Positions 30,943 to 33,880 of a stretch of DNA of 33,880 bases are shown here, piece by piece. The translations under genes and the position numbers were made by a program. Below the pieces are notes generated by a model. It saw nothing but the letters and a program-made list of their open reading frames with translations, had not been told where the DNA came from and ran no database searches. How positions within the stretch are numbered: position 1 is the first letter of the stretch; every line of letters begins with the position of its first letter. Source of the DNA: Vannella sp. (Eukaryota); NCBI GenBank assembly GCA_023345925.1, contig JAJQQN010001314.1:1-33880 (forward strand). Direction: 5' to 3'.

Positions 30943-33009
30943 TTAGGGTAAGCTTTGCATTTGCCTTGAAACCAATTGGAAGTATATTCCTCCGAGTTCA
31001 GTGAGCTGCTCGTGGGTTCCTTGCTCTGCGATCTGTCCGTTCTTCATCACCACAATGTTGTTTGCATCTCGCACTGTACTCAGTCGATGAGCAATAACAA
31101 GTACCGTTCGTCCCTTCATAAGACGATCAAGCGCTTCCTGAACAAGAAACTCGGATTCTGAATCTAAGTTGGAGGTTGCTTCGTCCAACAGCAGGACTTG
31201 AGGATCTATAAGTGGACTTCTTATCAGTTTCAAGACATCAGAAGATGAATTGGATGCTCTCACCTTTGAGAATTGCACGGGCAATTGCAATTCGCTGCCG
31301 TTGCCCGCCAGAGAGGCGAACTCCTCGCTCTCCGACTGTTGTTTCATAGCCCTCTTCAAATGCAGAGATGAAGTCATGGGCATTAGCCTCTTTGGCAGCT
31401 TGGATGATCGTTTCCATGCTCACACTATCTCCCAATCCGTAGGCAATGTTCTTTGCAATCGTTGTAGCAAAGAGGCAGGGATGTTGTTCGACGATTCCCA
31501 AGCGCTCGTGTACCCATCTCGGGTCATATTCGTTTAGATCAACTCCATCCAAAGTGACCAAACCCGAGATTGGGCGAAAGAAACCCTCCAAAAGGTTAGC
31601 AATTGTGCTTTTGCCCGAGCCAGAGGGTCCCACAAGAGCCACCATCTTTCCGGGTTCCAGTTTGAGATTCAATCCACGAAGGACGGCTTGGTCAGGGCGG
31701 GAAGGGTAGGAGTAATGAACATCTTGAATCTCGATTGCACCTTGAAAAGTGTCCGGAGTGATGCCACCAGCAAATGGGACCTCTGGCACCCTATCCATGA
31801 GCTCAAATACTCTCTCACTGGCTCCAATAGCCTTCATCAGGTCCGCATAAACGTCAGAAAGGCCTCCAATCCCAAACGCCACTGTCAGAGAGTACATCAA
31901 GAACGCTGTCAGATCGCCAACAGTAAGCTGGTTCGAGTTAATAAGATGGGCGCCATAGAGTAGAACCAGTCCGAGAGAGAAATTGGAGCAAAGGGCCAAA
32001 CCGCCGGAAAAGATTCCCTGAGCGAAAGACATCTTTCGTCCATATCGGTAGCTTTCATCCACCTCTGCGGCATAGCGGAGGCTTTCAAACTGCTCTTTGT
32101 TAAAGTAGCGAATGGTACGGATGCTAGAGAGAGCCTCTGTTGCCACTTCGCTGGCTCTGGCAAGGGCATCTTGAGTGAGTTTGGACAGTTTCTCGACGTA
32201 CATTCCGTAGCAGATAGCGAATCCAAGCACAAATGGAAGCAATAGTAACAGGGTCAAAGTCAGCTTCCATGAGATAACCAGGAGCAAGACCAAAGCGATG
32301 ATTGCTTCAGTGGCATGTTCGACGGCGGTGGCGACGTTTTGAGTCACAGCGTTCTGCATGACCCACTGCGAGTGTCCCTTGAGTCAGTAGAGAACCAACC
32401 ACAAAGGGTGCGAAGGAACTGACTGTGTCAGAGGCCAGGCGATTGGTAAGTTCCCCCGTTCCGGTGAGGTCGAAGAAAGCGATGTCTTGCTTCACCACGT
32501 TGCTGAATAGATCCTTGCGTACCCGTGTGACCACTCTTTCTCCAGCCAAGGACAGTGCGGTTGTCCGGATGCTGATGGTGATCGCACCAACGAGGAACAG
32601 GACTACGAGGAAGGCGGCGACTTCCGGGATGCTCAAGTGACCGAGCCTGCCAACCAACCCGTCCTTAAGCAAGATGAGTGATGTTAGTGGGTCCTTAGCA
32701 AGTAACTGATCGACTACATACCGAGGTAGGAGCCTCTCCAATCACGTTATTGATGATCACACCTGCTGCGGCAGGGATCGCCATCGCTATCACGCTAGTA
32801 CACAGCAAGGCTACGATCCCCACACACAAGATCAACCACTCTGGCTGAGCCAAAGAAAGAAGGCGTCTCCACTGCGCAGTAGCCAAGGAGCCTTCCTTCT
32901 CCTCTTTCTCCTTCTCCCCCAGAGGCAACAGAGGCTTATCCACCCTTACCTCTTCATCTACGAGCTCCAACTCACAGCCACCATCCTCCTCACCCTTCCG
33001 AGGACTCAT
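30943..33009 (-). CDS. ABCB-subfamily half-transporter (TAP/ABCB9/ABCB10/MDL1-like)
   Basis: TM domain (AGERVVTRVRKDLF, QDIAFFD, GELTNRLASD), Walker A GPSGSGKS, signature LSGGQRQR, Walker B LLLDEATSNLD, IAHRLST. Three short introns. Confidence 0.95.
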
Positions 33010-33110
33010 CGAGCAAGGATTGAGGCACTGAAGGACACCAGGACAGTTCCCCGTCGGTCCTTTCGGACGAAAGGGTATCCCATAACTTCTTGCCCTTTAC
33101 TCTCGAGCCA

Positions 33111-33880
33111 ATGAGCGACGCGCACCTCGTTCAGGTGGTCCGGAAGGGGCCAGTCACCACAGTGGTCCTTCATGACCCTTCCTCAAGGAATGCTGTTGAT
33201 AGGAGGATGGCGACGTGTTTACTGGAAGCATTGGAGTGGGTGGAGGGCTTCGAAGGAGCTTGGTTGTGACGTTGGGTCGTGTAGGAGCTTCGAGAGGGAT
33301 GACGAGGCCAAGTGCGCAGTGTTGTGGGGAGCTGGCGGTGATTTCTGTGCTGGTGCTAATCTAAAGAAGGTTGGTGATCGTGTTTCAAGCCATCAATCCA
33401 CTCAGGGAGCTGTAGATGGACAACCGTATGGAGCTTGAAGGTGAAGGGCCGATGGGAATCAGCCGATTGTCCCTCAGCAAGCCCCTCATCTGTGCCATCT
33501 CGGGACACGCAGTCGCTGGAGGTCTAGAACTCGCCCTGTTAGGTGACATCCGAGTGTGCGAGGAGGATTCCGTCATGGGCGTCTTCTGCAGGAGGTTCGG
33601 GGTCCCATTGATTGATGGTGGCACGGTGCGCTTGCCTCGTATCATTGGAAGAGGTAGAGCATTGGACATGATCATCACTGGCAGAGCAGTCAAGTCCCAA
33701 GAGGCCTTAAGTACGTTGCCAAGTCACTTGGACAGACTTTTGGTCTGAAACTTGGGAAAGGCATGGGACTGGTCTCTTATGTTGTTCCTAAAGGCCAATC
33801 GCGTTCCTTTGCCGAAGAAATGGCTCTGAACATATCCAACTTGCCGCAGCAATGTTTGCTGAGCGACCGGCAATCCGTAT
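33111..33880 (+). CDS. Enoyl-CoA hydratase/crotonase family protein (3' truncated by window edge)
   Basis: DFCAGANLK, KPLICAISGHAVAGGLELAL, FGVPLIDGGTVRLPRIIG, DMIITGR. Interrupted by short introns. Confidence 0.92.

Noticed and set aside
1..33880. CRISPR arrays, tRNA/rRNA genes, transposons, prokaryotic operons
   Set aside because: None seen; the DNA is intron-containing eukaryotic sequence almost fully tiled by host genes.

Overview
Very gene-dense eukaryotic (protist) genomic DNA in the standard genetic code. It holds about 17 protein-coding genes with tiny GT-AG spliceosomal introns (40-62 nt, CTRAC-like branch points) and mostly 30-130 nt intergenic gaps. Roco/TKL kinases and intron style suggest an amoebozoan, but this is inference. 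After manual splicing the genes are: PTGES2-like GST, a ~1874-aa LRRK/Roco kinase with an extra split Ras-like N-terminal domain, a hypothetical protein, a heavily degenerate G-protein alpha subunit (pseudo-G-alpha), P5B ATPase, ankyrin protein, ELMO-domain protein, a 4x calpain-domain-III/TKL kinase fusion, SNX-BAR sorting nexin, a KKxx-ending type I membrane protein, SAM methyltransferase, divergent Rab, TAF13, a 964-aa intronless helical protein, Tudor-less SMN, an ABCB half-transporter and a partial enoyl-CoA hydratase. A candidate box C/D snoRNA sits in an unusually long intron of an apparently non-coding host transcript. The most striking signals are the pseudo-G-alpha, the two-GTPase Roco kinase, the calpain-III kinase and the intronic snoRNA. 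Splice models and family calls were made by eye, without database searches.
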